In this document: piece after piece, positions 22,713-30,818 of the stretch
How positions within the stretch are numbered: position 1 is the first letter of the stretch
How the letters are laid out: each line of letters opens with the position of its first letter
From: a virus
Strand: one strand, 5' to 3'
IMG/VR virus record: IMGVR_UViG_2648501563_000004
Length of the DNA stretch: 41,388 nt
The notes under the pieces: generated by a model
Told to the model about the DNA's origin: nothing
The model's database searches: none
What the model saw: the letters and a program-made list of their open reading frames with translations, nothing else
Program-made: the position numbers and the translations under genes

Positions 22713-22890
22713 GTTGACAGTAATTTTCGTCAGTTTTAAATTGGCTCAAATTTATGTCATCATTTTGGGTTTAATGATATTTTGCACAAGTTGCAATCCA
22801 GCTACTTGGTTTATTGCTGAAGAAGTAGCCGAAAGAGGCATCGAAGACATCGAAAAGGGCGAAGAGGATAGATTAAAGGAACCGAAATGA
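22681..22890 (+). CDS. Small membrane-anchored protein (69 aa)
   Basis: AGGAGG RBS before the ATG at 22681. A hydrophobic segment (VIFVSFKLAQIYVIILGLMIFCTSC) is followed by an acidic tail. It overlaps the rusA 3' end. Confidence 0.5.
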   Translation: MQYASKFIKSKLTVIFVSFKLAQIYVIILGLMIFCTSCNPATWFIAEEVAERGIEDIEKGEEDRLKEPK

Positions 22891-22985
22891 ACAACTTCTT
22901 CAATGACAATTTCGAGTATGCCCTCATCATAGTCTTCCTGGCTATTGCCTCCGCCCTATTTTTTGTTATGATTAATATCTGGTGA
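22887..22985 (+). CDS. Tiny membrane peptide (32 aa), below the ORF-track cut-off
   Basis: Hand translation gives MNNFFNDNFEYALIIVFLAIASALFFVMINIW. ATGA overlap with the upstream gene. Confidence 0.35.
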   Translation: MNNFFNDNFEYALIIVFLAIASALFFVMINIW

Positions 22986-22987
22986 TT

Positions 22988-23299
22988 ATGGACAATGAAA
23001 ATTACTCCGCTGAATTTGTTTACAGACCTTCAATCATCGGAACTGAATGTCAAGACGCAACTATTAAACCAGTTCGATTCCTCGAAAATCAAATACTTAA
23101 TGAAAATTGGATTGTAAATCTTAAATCTACAACTGAAGAAACTTGCCCCTGTTGTGATGCTAATGATTTTATTAGAAGAATCAATGATATCAATGAAGAA
23201 ACCAGTCTTTGCGAAGATTTAGAACTATTAAAAAAAGCTGTCGTATTTATCCTTGAAAATACCGAATGGAAAACATCACATGAAACGAAATCTCGATAA
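22988..23299 (+). CDS. Hypothetical protein (103 aa)
   Basis: The C-terminal LELLKKAVVFILENTEWK is paralogous to the N-terminal part of the next gene. Confidence 0.55.
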   Translation: MDNENYSAEFVYRPSIIGTECQDATIKPVRFLENQILNENWIVNLKSTTEETCPCCDANDFIRRINDINEETSLCEDLELLKKAVVFILENTEWKTSHETKSR

Positions 23300-23300
23300 A

Positions 23301-23579
23301 ATGGCCTTTGATCATCTTTATAATCTCGTAAATTTTAAACTCACCACACAAGACGATTTACAAATAATCATCCGCGCCGTTACATTTATTTTATCAAACA
23401 TGGACTGGATCAAAATCCAAAAGGACCAAAATATGCCGCTAAAACCAGGTAAAGAGAATATCGGTAAGAACATCAAAGAAATGGAAAAAGCAGGTCATAA
23501 ACCTTCGCAGGCAATAGCTGCAAGCCTTAACGAGGCTCGAAAATCAGGGGCAAAAATACCCTCCAAAAAAAAGAAATAA
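23301..23579 (+). CDS. Hypothetical protein (92 aa) with a C-terminal DUF6496-like basic motif
   Basis: DDLQIIIRAVTFILSNMDWIK is paralogous to the upstream gene. KPGKENIGKNIKEMEKAGHKPSQAIAASLNEARKSGAKIP resembles the small-protein family ..H.f..G......QAIAIALSEARKsGak. The start is uncertain and could be 23253, 23280 or 23301. Confidence 0.5.
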   Translation: MAFDHLYNLVNFKLTTQDDLQIIIRAVTFILSNMDWIKIQKDQNMPLKPGKENIGKNIKEMEKAGHKPSQAIAASLNEARKSGAKIPSKKKK

Positions 23580-23627
23580 AACAACACATGCGTGATCTTT
23601 TATATCATATCCAAAAAGTGAAATATC

Positions 23628-23837
23628 ATGCTCATGTCATTGCTAAAATGGCTAAAAAGCCGCAAACAACACAAAGATAAGGTTATCGAAATCATGGATA
23701 AAGAGATTCGTAAAATCGAAAAAGAAAATAAAAAAGAAGGCAAAGACTTGAAAAAGTTGGAGCATATGGACAAAAAAAGAGATAAAGTCTGCGCTATGGG
23801 TGAAAAGGCCATGAAAATGAAGCATAAGAAAAAGTAA
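23628..23837 (+). CDS. Lys-rich small protein (69 aa)
   Basis: The ORF has a highly basic, helical composition and a weak RBS. A competing 30-codon ORF lies at 23589-23681. Confidence 0.4.
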   Translation: MLMSLLKWLKSRKQHKDKVIEIMDKEIRKIEKENKKEGKDLKKLEHMDKKRDKVCAMGEKAMKMKHKKK

Positions 23838-23916
23838 TGACATTCATTGATCTGCTAATAGGCTTCATTCTAGGCATGTCTGTAACGGCTTTTATGCTTT
23901 ATTTTAGGGAACAAAA

Positions 23917-24129
23917 ATGAATCTAGATCAACTCATAAAACGTATTCAATATCTCGAAGATGGCAAATACTCATTACCCGAAGATGAAATCTTAGACATA
24001 AATGAAGCATTATTTTTAGTCTGTCATGAAATTAAACAGATCAAAGAAACCCAGTCCGAAATCATGATCGATCTCGCTTATCTCCTCGATAATAAACTAG
24101 AGCCTAATTGGGAGTCTAATAGCCAATGA
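23917..24129 (+). CDS. Hypothetical acidic protein (70 aa)
   Basis: The ORF is coupled to its neighbours by ATGA overlaps. Confidence 0.55.
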   Translation: MNLDQLIKRIQYLEDGKYSLPEDEILDINEALFLVCHEIKQIKETQSEIMIDLAYLLDNKLEPNWESNSQ

Positions 24130-24308
24130 AATCGCATCCCCATAAAAGCGCTGATCGCATTCTCTATTCCGAGCGCTACGACGCTTACTACTGCTCTTTT
24201 TGTAACGAATGGATAGACTCAAAATGTATAGACCCAGACTGTTTTTTCTGCCCCAATCGTCCAGATAAGCCGCTCCAAAATGACAAAAGCCTAGAGTCTA
24301 AACCCTAG
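24126..24308 (+). CDS. Small zinc-ribbon protein (60 aa); carries the left copy of the 120-bp repeat
   Basis: DRILYSERYDAYYCSFCNEWIDSKCIDPDCFFCPNRPD is almost identical to the C-terminus of 25293..25736. Confidence 0.6.
   Translation: MKSHPHKSADRILYSERYDAYYCSFCNEWIDSKCIDPDCFFCPNRPDKPLQNDKSLESKP
24152..24271 (+). repeat. 120-bp direct repeat, left copy (~92% identical to 25589..25708)
   Basis: Hand alignment shows 10 mismatches in 120 nt and no gaps. Confidence 0.9.
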
Positions 24309-24318
24309 GCCTTTTTTT
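24289..24318. terminator. Bidirectional intrinsic terminator
   Basis: GCCTAG (24289-94) and CTAGGC (24305-10) form the stem. AAAA lies upstream and TTTTTTT (24312-18) downstream. It sits between convergent genes 24126..24308 (+) and 24405..24713 (-). Confidence 0.65.
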
Positions 24319-24404
24319 ATTCCTTCGGATACTTTATTTGCATTATCTCTATCACAAGAGAATTAATTGATATTCGCCTGTCAAACGCCTCTTGTCTGAT
24401 CTTA

Positions 24405-24713
24405 TCATGCAGCTCCTTCGGTATCCGTATGTCTAGCTTCTGATTGTCTTTTAACATCTTTTTCCATCCTTTGCTTTATTGATTTTATCGTATGGTAAAA
24501 ACTACCTACATATGAATCTCTCCAATAGTCTTCTTCATCTTTTATTCTCTTAATATACACACTAATTACATGATCACCGCAATGCTCTTGTTGCGTCCAA
24601 TCCAAAACGTATTTTTCATTTTTGCATATATACATAACTCCATGGTTTTCTTTTTTTATTTTTACATTTAACCCTAATTTTGTTAGGCAATTTACGATAT
24701 TTTTAACTTTCAT
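24405..24713 (-). CDS. Hypothetical protein (102 aa), third gene of the inverted cassette
   Basis: GGAG RBS 7 nt upstream. No confident motif. The N-terminal MKVKNIVNCLTKLGLNV only vaguely resembles a HicA-like fold. Confidence 0.55.
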   Translation of the reverse strand: MKVKNIVNCLTKLGLNVKIKKENHGVMYICKNEKYVLDWTQQEHCGDHVISVYIKRIKDEEDYWRDSYVGSFYHTIKSIKQRMEKDVKRQSEARHTDTEGAA

Positions 24714-24731
24714 CTTACTTCTCCATTTTGT

Positions 24732-24890
24732 TTATTCTATATAAAATTTCTTTATCGGCTTTTCCTTTAGCCTTTTCTCATCAATTTTATCCTGGTTTTC
24801 TTCCAGCCATTTTTCAAGTTCTATCACATATTCGTCATATTCTTTCTGACTAATGATGACGATATACCCGTCATCATCTTCCTTGAGCAT
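24732..24890 (-). CDS. Small acidic protein (52 aa), second gene of the inverted cassette, below the ORF-track cut-off
   Basis: Hand translation gives MLKEDDDGYIVIISQKEYDEYVIELEKWLEENQDKIDEKRLKEKPIKKFYIE. The start is 1 nt after the upstream stop. GYIVIISQKEYDEYV weakly resembles Phd/YefM-type antitoxins. Confidence 0.45.
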   Translation of the reverse strand: MLKEDDDGYIVIISQKEYDEYVIELEKWLEENQDKIDEKRLKEKPIKKFYIE

Positions 24891-24891
24891 C

Positions 24892-25095
24892 TTAGCTGAC
24901 ATCTAACGCAAGCTCCACTATCTCCTCTAGCTCATAACCTAAATTCTGGAGTTCATTCAGTTTTTCAACTTCATTCTTCTCACTATTTAAAATAATGTAA
25001 GCCTTTTCCTTTTTTGTTAATTCTCTTGTAAATAACATTCCTGTCTTCATATTTATCATTAGCTCTTGTCCTGATTTATTTAAGATCTTTCCCAT
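24892..25095 (-). CDS. Hypothetical protein (67 aa), first gene of the inverted cassette
   Basis: ORF downstream of the divergent intergenic region 25096-25292. Confidence 0.5.
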   Translation of the reverse strand: MGKILNKSGQELMINMKTGMLFTRELTKKEKAYIILNSEKNEVEKLNELQNLGYELEEIVELALDVS

Positions 25096-25206
25096 TTTCT
25101 TACCCCATTTTGTTTTTGTTTCTTATCTCAGCTCCACTGCTACGAGTTAGCTCCGATTTTACGGAGACGCCTAACGAGTCGGTTTCGCTTTGATGACATC
25201 ATACTA

Positions 25207-25236
25207 CCATAATGGCATTAAATAATGCAAGCTTTT
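25207..25236 (-). promoter_or_regulatory. Promoter candidate for the inverted cassette
   Basis: On the minus strand: TTGCAT (complement of 25231-36), 18 nt, TAGTAT (complement of 25207-12), preceded by TGg (extended -10-like). Confidence 0.35.
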
Positions 25237-25292
25237 TTGTTGCTAAATTATTTATTTAACAATATTCTATGAGTTAATCACGAGGTGATTTT

Positions 25293-25736
25293 ATGGGTAC
25301 TCCAGGCGTTCCTTTAGCCATTTCACGCGAAACCTTAGTTACCGCTTTAAAAAAACATTCAGGTAATAAAACTAAAGCTGCAAAAGATTTAGATATTACG
25401 CGTCATTGTCTACATCAAAAAGTTATTGAAGATCCCGAATTAGTTAAACTTGTTTCAGATTTAAGACATTCACGAGATATTTGGCTTTGTGATAAGGCGG
25501 AAGATGCTCTAGAAAAGGCTTTGGATAGTGATATTGACATAAACGCAAGTCTAAAATCTGCTTTTTATGTTTTAAATAATAAGGGAAATGATCGCATTCT
25601 CTATTCCGAACGCTACGATGCCTACTACTGCTCTTTTTGTAACGAATGGCTAGACCCCAAATGTATAGATCCAGAATGTTTTTTCTGTCCCAATCGTCCA
25701 GATAGGCCTTTAACTAGCAAAAAATCTACCAAATAA
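25293..25736 (+). CDS. Chimeric protein: N-terminal Fis-type HTH domain fused to the duplicated zinc-ribbon module
   Basis: GNKTKAAKDLDITRHCLHQKV is a Fis/HTH_8-like motif. The C-terminal NDRILYSERYDAYYCSFCNEWLDPKCIDPECFFCPNRPD duplicates 24126..24308. GAGGTG RBS. Confidence 0.65.
   Translation: MGTPGVPLAISRETLVTALKKHSGNKTKAAKDLDITRHCLHQKVIEDPELVKLVSDLRHSRDIWLCDKAEDALEKALDSDIDINASLKSAFYVLNNKGNDRILYSERYDAYYCSFCNEWLDPKCIDPECFFCPNRPDRPLTSKKSTK
25589..25708 (+). repeat. 120-bp direct repeat, right copy (~92% identical to 24152..24271)
   Basis: See the left copy. Confidence 0.9.
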
Positions 25737-25763
25737 TCTATATTAAAAATAAAAGAGGTTACA

Positions 25764-26231
25764 ATGACAGCTGGTAGACCAAAAGAATATGATAGATCTA
25801 AAATCGGTGATGACCTCATTCAATGGGCTAAAAATAACCCTGATTGTCTCACTGTCCCCCACTTCGCAACATCAATCGGTTTAAATTCACAAATTTTAAT
25901 TAATTGGACGAAAGAAGATGAAGAATTTCGTGTGAAGTACATACAAGCAAAAGAACTAATTGGTTTAAATAGATTAAAAGCGACGCGAATAGAAGACGAA
26001 TCAGTTCAAAAACGTTTAGATAAAAGTATCTATATGCAAACGCTTCATCATTTCGACTATGACACTAAGCATGACGTTAGAGATGACAAGAAATATGAAT
26101 CCTCTCTACGCAAAGAAGAAGAAAGCTCAAAACAAATATCTCATACCATAGTGGTTTCCAATGACCTCTCCGCTGGCTCTAACATTCCAACCTCGCTCAT
26201 ATCAATGCCCGGCGATAAAAGCTCTAAATAG
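25764..26231 (+). CDS. terS: Terminase small subunit
   Basis: The N-terminal MTAGRPKEYD....L..W is typical of phage TerS/gp3-like HTH proteins. It lies immediately upstream of, and overlaps, terL. Confidence 0.7.
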   Translation: MTAGRPKEYDRSKIGDDLIQWAKNNPDCLTVPHFATSIGLNSQILINWTKEDEEFRVKYIQAKELIGLNRLKATRIEDESVQKRLDKSIYMQTLHHFDYDTKHDVRDDKKYESSLRKEEESSKQISHTIVVSNDLSAGSNIPTSLISMPGDKSSK

Positions 26232-27522
26232 CGGTATAAAGCGCGCTGTATTAGTTTGGCATCGCCGGAGTGGAAAAGACATATGCGCATTCAATTGGGC
26301 TATATATCAGCTCTTGCTTAATCCAGGATGGACTTGTTTTCATATTCTCCCTACGTATAGCCAAGCTAAGAAAGTCATTTGGGACGCTAACACAAACGAA
26401 TCTAAACGCCTTCTTGACTATATTCCAGATGAGTTAATTGACATCAAGAATGGTCAGGAAATGAAAATAAGGTTAACAAATGGCTCTCTTTATCAGCTTA
26501 TTGGAAGTGATAACATCGATTCTCTGGTGGGTACTAATCCCAAGATCATCATATTTAGCGAATATGCCATACAAAGCCCTGCTGCATGGGATTATTTACG
26601 TCCTATTCTCGACGTTAATAAAGGTTACGCTCTTTTTATCTCTACTCCTCGGGGGAAAAATCATTTTTATGACTTGTTAGTAAATGTTAGGAATAATCCT
26701 AAATGGTTCTGCGAAGTATTAAGCATCAAAGAAACAGATGTCTTAAATGAAGAGGATATGAATGTCATACGTAATGAAGGTGTCTCCGAAGAACTTATCC
26801 AACAAGAATATTACTGCTCGTTTAATCGAGGCGTAGAGGGATCTTATTATGGAAAACTCATCGAGAAAGCAAGAGAGGAAAAACGTATCTGTAATGTACC
26901 TTATGAAACAAGATCTCCTGTACATACAGCCTGGGACATTGGGTACGGAGATAGCACCTCAATTGTATTTTGGCAAGATCTCGGGGGGGAATGTAGAATT
27001 ATTGACTTTTATGAAAACCACGGAGAAGGGATAGCACATTATGCTAAAATCTTGCAGTCTAAACCTTATGTCTACGGCGTTCATTATATGCCGCATGATG
27101 CCGGATCAGGATCAATTCAAACTGGCCGCACGCTTCAAGATATTACTTATGAGCAGGGCATTAAAACAGTCGTATTGGAACGGGAAACTGATATCTCGAC
27201 TGGGATCGAAGCCGTTAGGGCTTTATTATCCATCGCATTTATCGATGAAATCAAGTGTCGCCATCTAATTAAATGCCTTGAAAACTATCACAAAAAATTC
27301 AACGAGAAAACACAAGCATATTCCGAAACACCAATGCACGATTGGTGTTCTCACGCTGCCGATAGCATTAGATACATGGCAAACGCCAGAACACAATTCG
27401 GTCGCGGTCCCGGAAGCTTAACACCTGACAAGCTCAATCAGCTAAAAGCGCAAGCTGGATTCGGCCCAAAACCCCGAGGTAATCCGATGATTGGCCCCCA
27501 AACTCCTTTTATTGGTAGATAA
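26161..27522 (+). CDS. terL: Terminase large subunit
   Basis: FQPRSYQCPAIKAL..RAVLVWHRRSGKD is a Walker A-like motif. IIIFSEYA is Walker B-like. FISTPRGKNHFY is present. The C-terminal nuclease part has AWDIGYGDSTSIVFWQ and HYMPHD. Confidence 0.9.
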   Translation: MTSPLALTFQPRSYQCPAIKALNSGIKRAVLVWHRRSGKDICAFNWAIYQLLLNPGWTCFHILPTYSQAKKVIWDANTNESKRLLDYIPDELIDIKNGQEMKIRLTNGSLYQLIGSDNIDSLVGTNPKIIIFSEYAIQSPAAWDYLRPILDVNKGYALFISTPRGKNHFYDLLVNVRNNPKWFCEVLSIKETDVLNEEDMNVIRNEGVSEELIQQEYYCSFNRGVEGSYYGKLIEKAREEKRICNVPYETRSPVHTAWDIGYGDSTSIVFWQDLGGECRIIDFYENHGEGIAHYAKILQSKPYVYGVHYMPHDAGSGSIQTGRTLQDITYEQGIKTVVLERETDISTGIEAVRALLSIAFIDEIKCRHLIKCLENYHKKFNEKTQAYSETPMHDWCSHAADSIRYMANARTQFGRGPGSLTPDKLNQLKAQAGFGPKPRGNPMIGPQTPFIGR

Positions 27523-27777
27523 ATGCAGCACCCATTTACAAAAAGATTTCAAGTTATTGATTTATTTTGTGGAGATGATCATATTGATGACATTATTGAA
27601 TGGATAGACGCAAAAAATCAACAGCCTAATAATAATGGTATATTTAAAGTTAAACTTGATAATAGAGATGAAATTATAGCTTATTATTGCATTACATTTC
27701 CATGTGGTTGGGTCAGAAAAGAAAATAAAGAAATGTTAAAAAATGTCACCCATTGGGGAAGATTTAGGAAAGAATAG
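27523..27777 (+). CDS. Hypothetical protein (84 aa)
   Basis: The ORF starts 1 nt after the terL stop. Confidence 0.55.
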   Translation: MQHPFTKRFQVIDLFCGDDHIDDIIEWIDAKNQQPNNNGIFKVKLDNRDEIIAYYCITFPCGWVRKENKEMLKNVTHWGRFRKE

Positions 27778-27783
27778 ATAATT

Positions 27784-27812
27784 TTGTGCATAATCATAAA
27801 AAATAGTATAAG
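27784..27812 (+). promoter_or_regulatory. Promoter candidate upstream of the portal gene
   Basis: TTGTGC (27784-89), 17 nt, TATAAG (27807-12). Confidence 0.3.
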
Positions 27813-27834
27813 TAAGGTTAAACTGGAGTTTTAA

Positions 27835-29865
27835 ATGACATCAGGTATGCTCGAAAGGACCCAGACTCTTCCAAATATGTATCGCAACTATGAGGACGGA
27901 AATAACGATATCGTAGCCGAAGCCGATTCACGTTACATGCAAAATCTATCAGCATGGCAATTGTTTTTCTGGGAACAACTCATTGATCGTAAAGTCTATC
28001 TAGGTGACCAACGCTATCTCAATATGTATACAGGTCTTAATTACGAGCATCAGAAATGGGTTTTTAATGAGGCTATGCCTGTGACAAATATGGTAGTCGG
28101 TCGACAAAGACAGCATAGAAAAGCTACTCAAATCCTTCCTGTACATGGCGCTTCAGATCAGACAGCCTCTCAGGCTACTAAAGCAATACAATCAGCCTAT
28201 TATTTTGATGATACATACAACACAATCAGCAATTGCTTTAAAGAGTCCTGTATTACCGGATTATCTCTAATGCACTCATGGATAGACTATAGACGCGATC
28301 CCATATGCGGAGACCTGAAAAGTGAATGTTTCTCCGCTGATATGTTAATGATGGATGCGTTCTGGCGAGAACAAGATCTGTCTGACTGTCAGTTTATTCG
28401 AACACGTAAATATCTACATAAGAATCAAGTTAAGCAGTTGCTTCCTGGACGTGAAAAAGATATTGATATGTTAAATGATCAAGCCTATTTCGACACTAAA
28501 TTCACATTTATGCCCCAGCAATATAACATAAGACGCAAAGGCTTTCTTGCATATGATGAATATTGGTACCGAACCGAACGTATGGGAACATTTATAGTAG
28601 ACCCTGAGACATATGAAAGCACCGAAGTAGAGTTTGACAAAGAAGATTTAGCAAATTTAAAGAGACAATTCCCAAATATTGTAGTAGTAAAAGAGAAAGT
28701 GCCTACGGTTCACCTTGCGATCATTGTTAACAATCAGTGTTTCTATAATGGGCCTAATCCGCTAGGTGTGGACTTTTACCCATTTACACCATTTGTCGGT
28801 TATCATGATCTTGCTAATAATAACTACTCATACAGATATCAGGGTCTTATTAGAAATATTCGGGACAGCCAATACCTCCTAAATTACCGCGAGCAATTAG
28901 AGATGGATTTGTTAGCTGCGCAATTTAGCGGTGTGGATGTCGAAGAAGATGCGCTGATTGATGATAGCGATGCTTTTAAGGTTGGACCGGGTAAGGTCAG
29001 GTTTTTCAAGAAAGGGCGATTACAGGCATTGAATGATAAGCCAGGTGCTAATATCAACCCTGCTCAATTTAACGTAACAGATAGGCAGAAACAGAATGTA
29101 CAGTCACTTGCAGGAGTTACACCCGAACTATTGGGACAAGCGGAAGATAGCGACGTTGGGATTACAGAGCAACTTAGGCAAGGAGCTGCTCTCACGACAC
29201 TTCAAGAACTGTTTGATAATCTTGATTTATCACAACGGAATGCAGGTCGTTTGCACTGGTCTCTCATTCAAAAAAACTACACTTTGGGAAAAATCAGAAG
29301 AATGATAGGCGAAGAACCTACGAATGAATTTCGTGATAAATCATTCCAGAAATACGATGCAAGCGTTACCAACGCGCCTCTTACAGCTACTACTAAACAA
29401 CTCAGCTTCTTACAGAAATACACTCTTTGGAAGGATGGTCTCCCAATTCCTCCGGCTCAATTGCTTCAAGATCTCGTTATCCAAGACAAAGACAAGCTTA
29501 TCGCAGCTATCGAACAAGAACAACAACAGGCGCAACAGCAACAGCAGCAAATGGCTCAGTTGCAGATGGAAAATCAGCGCATAGTCAATGAAAGTCTGCA
29601 AAGTAAGGCAATGAGTGATCAAGCTTTAGCCAACGAACGTATGCAAAAAGGTCACCTTGAGCAATTCCAAATAGCTACAGCACACAATAAGTCTGAACAT
29701 GAAAAAGCAGCTGCAACGCTTAACATGGTAAAAGCAGCACACGAAGTTCAATCCATGAAAGTCGACGATTTTGTTAAAGTATTTACATTGATAGAAAATA
29801 TTCAAAAACGGCATAGTGAGAATGCCATTAAACAACAAGAGGCCCAAAATGTCACACAGCCATAA
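27835..29865 (+). CDS. Portal protein (676 aa) with a Gln-rich C-terminal helical extension
   Basis: Called from its size and its position directly after terL. The C-terminal QEQQQAQQQQQQMAQLQMENQ coiled segment is reminiscent of a P22-type portal barrel. Confidence 0.75.
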   Translation: MTSGMLERTQTLPNMYRNYEDGNNDIVAEADSRYMQNLSAWQLFFWEQLIDRKVYLGDQRYLNMYTGLNYEHQKWVFNEAMPVTNMVVGRQRQHRKATQILPVHGASDQTASQATKAIQSAYYFDDTYNTISNCFKESCITGLSLMHSWIDYRRDPICGDLKSECFSADMLMMDAFWREQDLSDCQFIRTRKYLHKNQVKQLLPGREKDIDMLNDQAYFDTKFTFMPQQYNIRRKGFLAYDEYWYRTERMGTFIVDPETYESTEVEFDKEDLANLKRQFPNIVVVKEKVPTVHLAIIVNNQCFYNGPNPLGVDFYPFTPFVGYHDLANNNYSYRYQGLIRNIRDSQYLLNYREQLEMDLLAAQFSGVDVEEDALIDDSDAFKVGPGKVRFFKKGRLQALNDKPGANINPAQFNVTDRQKQNVQSLAGVTPELLGQAEDSDVGITEQLRQGAALTTLQELFDNLDLSQRNAGRLHWSLIQKNYTLGKIRRMIGEEPTNEFRDKSFQKYDASVTNAPLTATTKQLSFLQKYTLWKDGLPIPPAQLLQDLVIQDKDKLIAAIEQEQQQAQQQQQQMAQLQMENQRIVNESLQSKAMSDQALANERMQKGHLEQFQIATAHNKSEHEKAAATLNMVKAAHEVQSMKVDDFVKVFTLIENIQKRHSENAIKQQEAQNVTQP

Positions 29866-30058
29866 AAACACATCTAGCGGTGGATCTGGAAAGGGTGATG
29901 CAGGTGCACACTATTCAAAGATCGGCGAGAACAAAGCTCACGTGCCACCAGCTGGCGCAAGTAATAGCTATGAAGGCGTACGTAAGAAAATTGATTCTCA
30001 TGATGACCATTCTATTGGTCACAAACACTATACACGCGAAAAGATGGCCAATAAATAA
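29849..30058 (+). CDS. Small Gly/His-rich basic protein (69 aa)
   Basis: AAGAGG RBS before the ATG at 29849. It overlaps the portal stop. Confidence 0.5.
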   Translation: MSHSHKNTSSGGSGKGDAGAHYSKIGENKAHVPPAGASNSYEGVRKKIDSHDDHSIGHKHYTREKMANK

Positions 30059-30136
30059 ATTTTTGTGGGGAGTAAGGCGTTGGTGCATCCTTGACGGTGA
30101 CACTAAATAGAAACCCACACTTTTTAAAGGACAACC

Positions 30137-30298
30137 ATGCCAAGAATACCAATTATAGGGTCACAGAAGAAGCCTTCTGTACCTGGTAACGCTGAATTAA
30201 GCACGTTACAGCCTCGCTTCAAAGCCCCTGGCGGTAAGCCTCCATTGCCTCTGCAAAAATCATTTAGCCCAACGGCTAAGAAACAAAGGGAAAATTGA
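30137..30298 (+). CDS. Small Pro/Lys-rich protein (53 aa), below the ORF-track cut-off
   Basis: Hand translation gives MPRIPIIGSQKKPSVPGNAELSTLQPRFKAPGGKPPLPLQKSFSPTAKKQREN. The N-terminus is paralogous to 30513..30650. Confidence 0.4.
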   Translation: MPRIPIIGSQKKPSVPGNAELSTLQPRFKAPGGKPPLPLQKSFSPTAKKQREN

Positions 30299-30300
30299 TC

Positions 30301-30510
30301 ATGAAAAAGCATGATATGATTGATTCTGTTAAAAAAGCTAAACATGATGTTAAAGGACTTTCAGAAATGAAAAAACAAAGAAAGTTAGGTAAAATGCATC
30401 ATGGTTATGACGTAAAACCTTCAGAACATGAAAAAAAACTTCAATCAAAAAGTTTTAGTAAAAAACAATTGCAAGAAGCCCACGTCCACATGAAGAAACA
30501 CGGTGGCTAG
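30301..30510 (+). CDS. Small Lys/His-rich protein (69 aa)
   Basis: ATG at 30301, directly after the upstream stop. Basic helical composition. Confidence 0.5.
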   Translation: MKKHDMIDSVKKAKHDVKGLSEMKKQRKLGKMHHGYDVKPSEHEKKLQSKSFSKKQLQEAHVHMKKHGG

Positions 30511-30512
30511 TC

Positions 30513-30650
30513 ATGACAATGATACCACCTCGCATTAAGAAGCTTCCCGGACTTCGTAAACCTGCATCAGGTTACATTAAAGAGCCAGCGCAAGGTTCAA
30601 CTCATTCAAATAGATCGCTTCCATTTGGTGGCGCTAAAATGGTTCGGTAG
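30513..30650 (+). CDS. Small Pro/Lys-rich protein (45 aa), below the ORF-track cut-off
   Basis: Hand translation gives MTMIPPRIKKLPGLRKPASGYIKEPAQGSTHSNRSLPFGGAKMVR. It resembles 30137..30298 at the N-terminus. Confidence 0.4.
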   Translation: MTMIPPRIKKLPGLRKPASGYIKEPAQGSTHSNRSLPFGGAKMVR

Positions 30651-30818
30651 ATGGTTACTTCTTTTTCCAATTTTCCAGAAGAAATAAGAAAATATTGGGA
30701 TTGTAAATTATTACATAAAAAAACAGCTATTTGGAATGGTGAATATGTAAAATTTGGAGATAAAGAATACAAAAAAATAGATTGGGTATGTAAGGAATGC
30801 AATGGTAAAAGGAAGTAA
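30651..30818 (+). CDS. Small Cys-containing protein (55 aa), below the ORF-track cut-off
   Basis: Hand translation gives MVTSFSNFPEEIRKYWDCKLLHKKTAIWNGEYVKFGDKEYKKIDWVCKECNGKRK. It starts immediately after the upstream stop. Confidence 0.4.
   Translation: MVTSFSNFPEEIRKYWDCKLLHKKTAIWNGEYVKFGDKEYKKIDWVCKECNGKRK

Noticed and set aside
22043-25180. Shared 11-mer TTTTACGGAGA in two non-coding regions (about 22044 and about 25166)
   Set aside because: By a rough estimate (N^2/2 divided by 4^11), many 11-mer coincidences are expected by chance in 41 kb of AT-rich DNA. No extended similarity surrounds the two copies.
29410-30345. Several minus-strand ORFs (29410-29622, 29626-29871, 29915-30118, 30124-30345) at the portal end and in the small-gene cluster
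   Set aside because: They are antisense to the portal gene or to tightly packed plus-strand mini-ORFs that have RBSs. Their products are Leu/Phe/Cys-rich, typical of non-coding frames.
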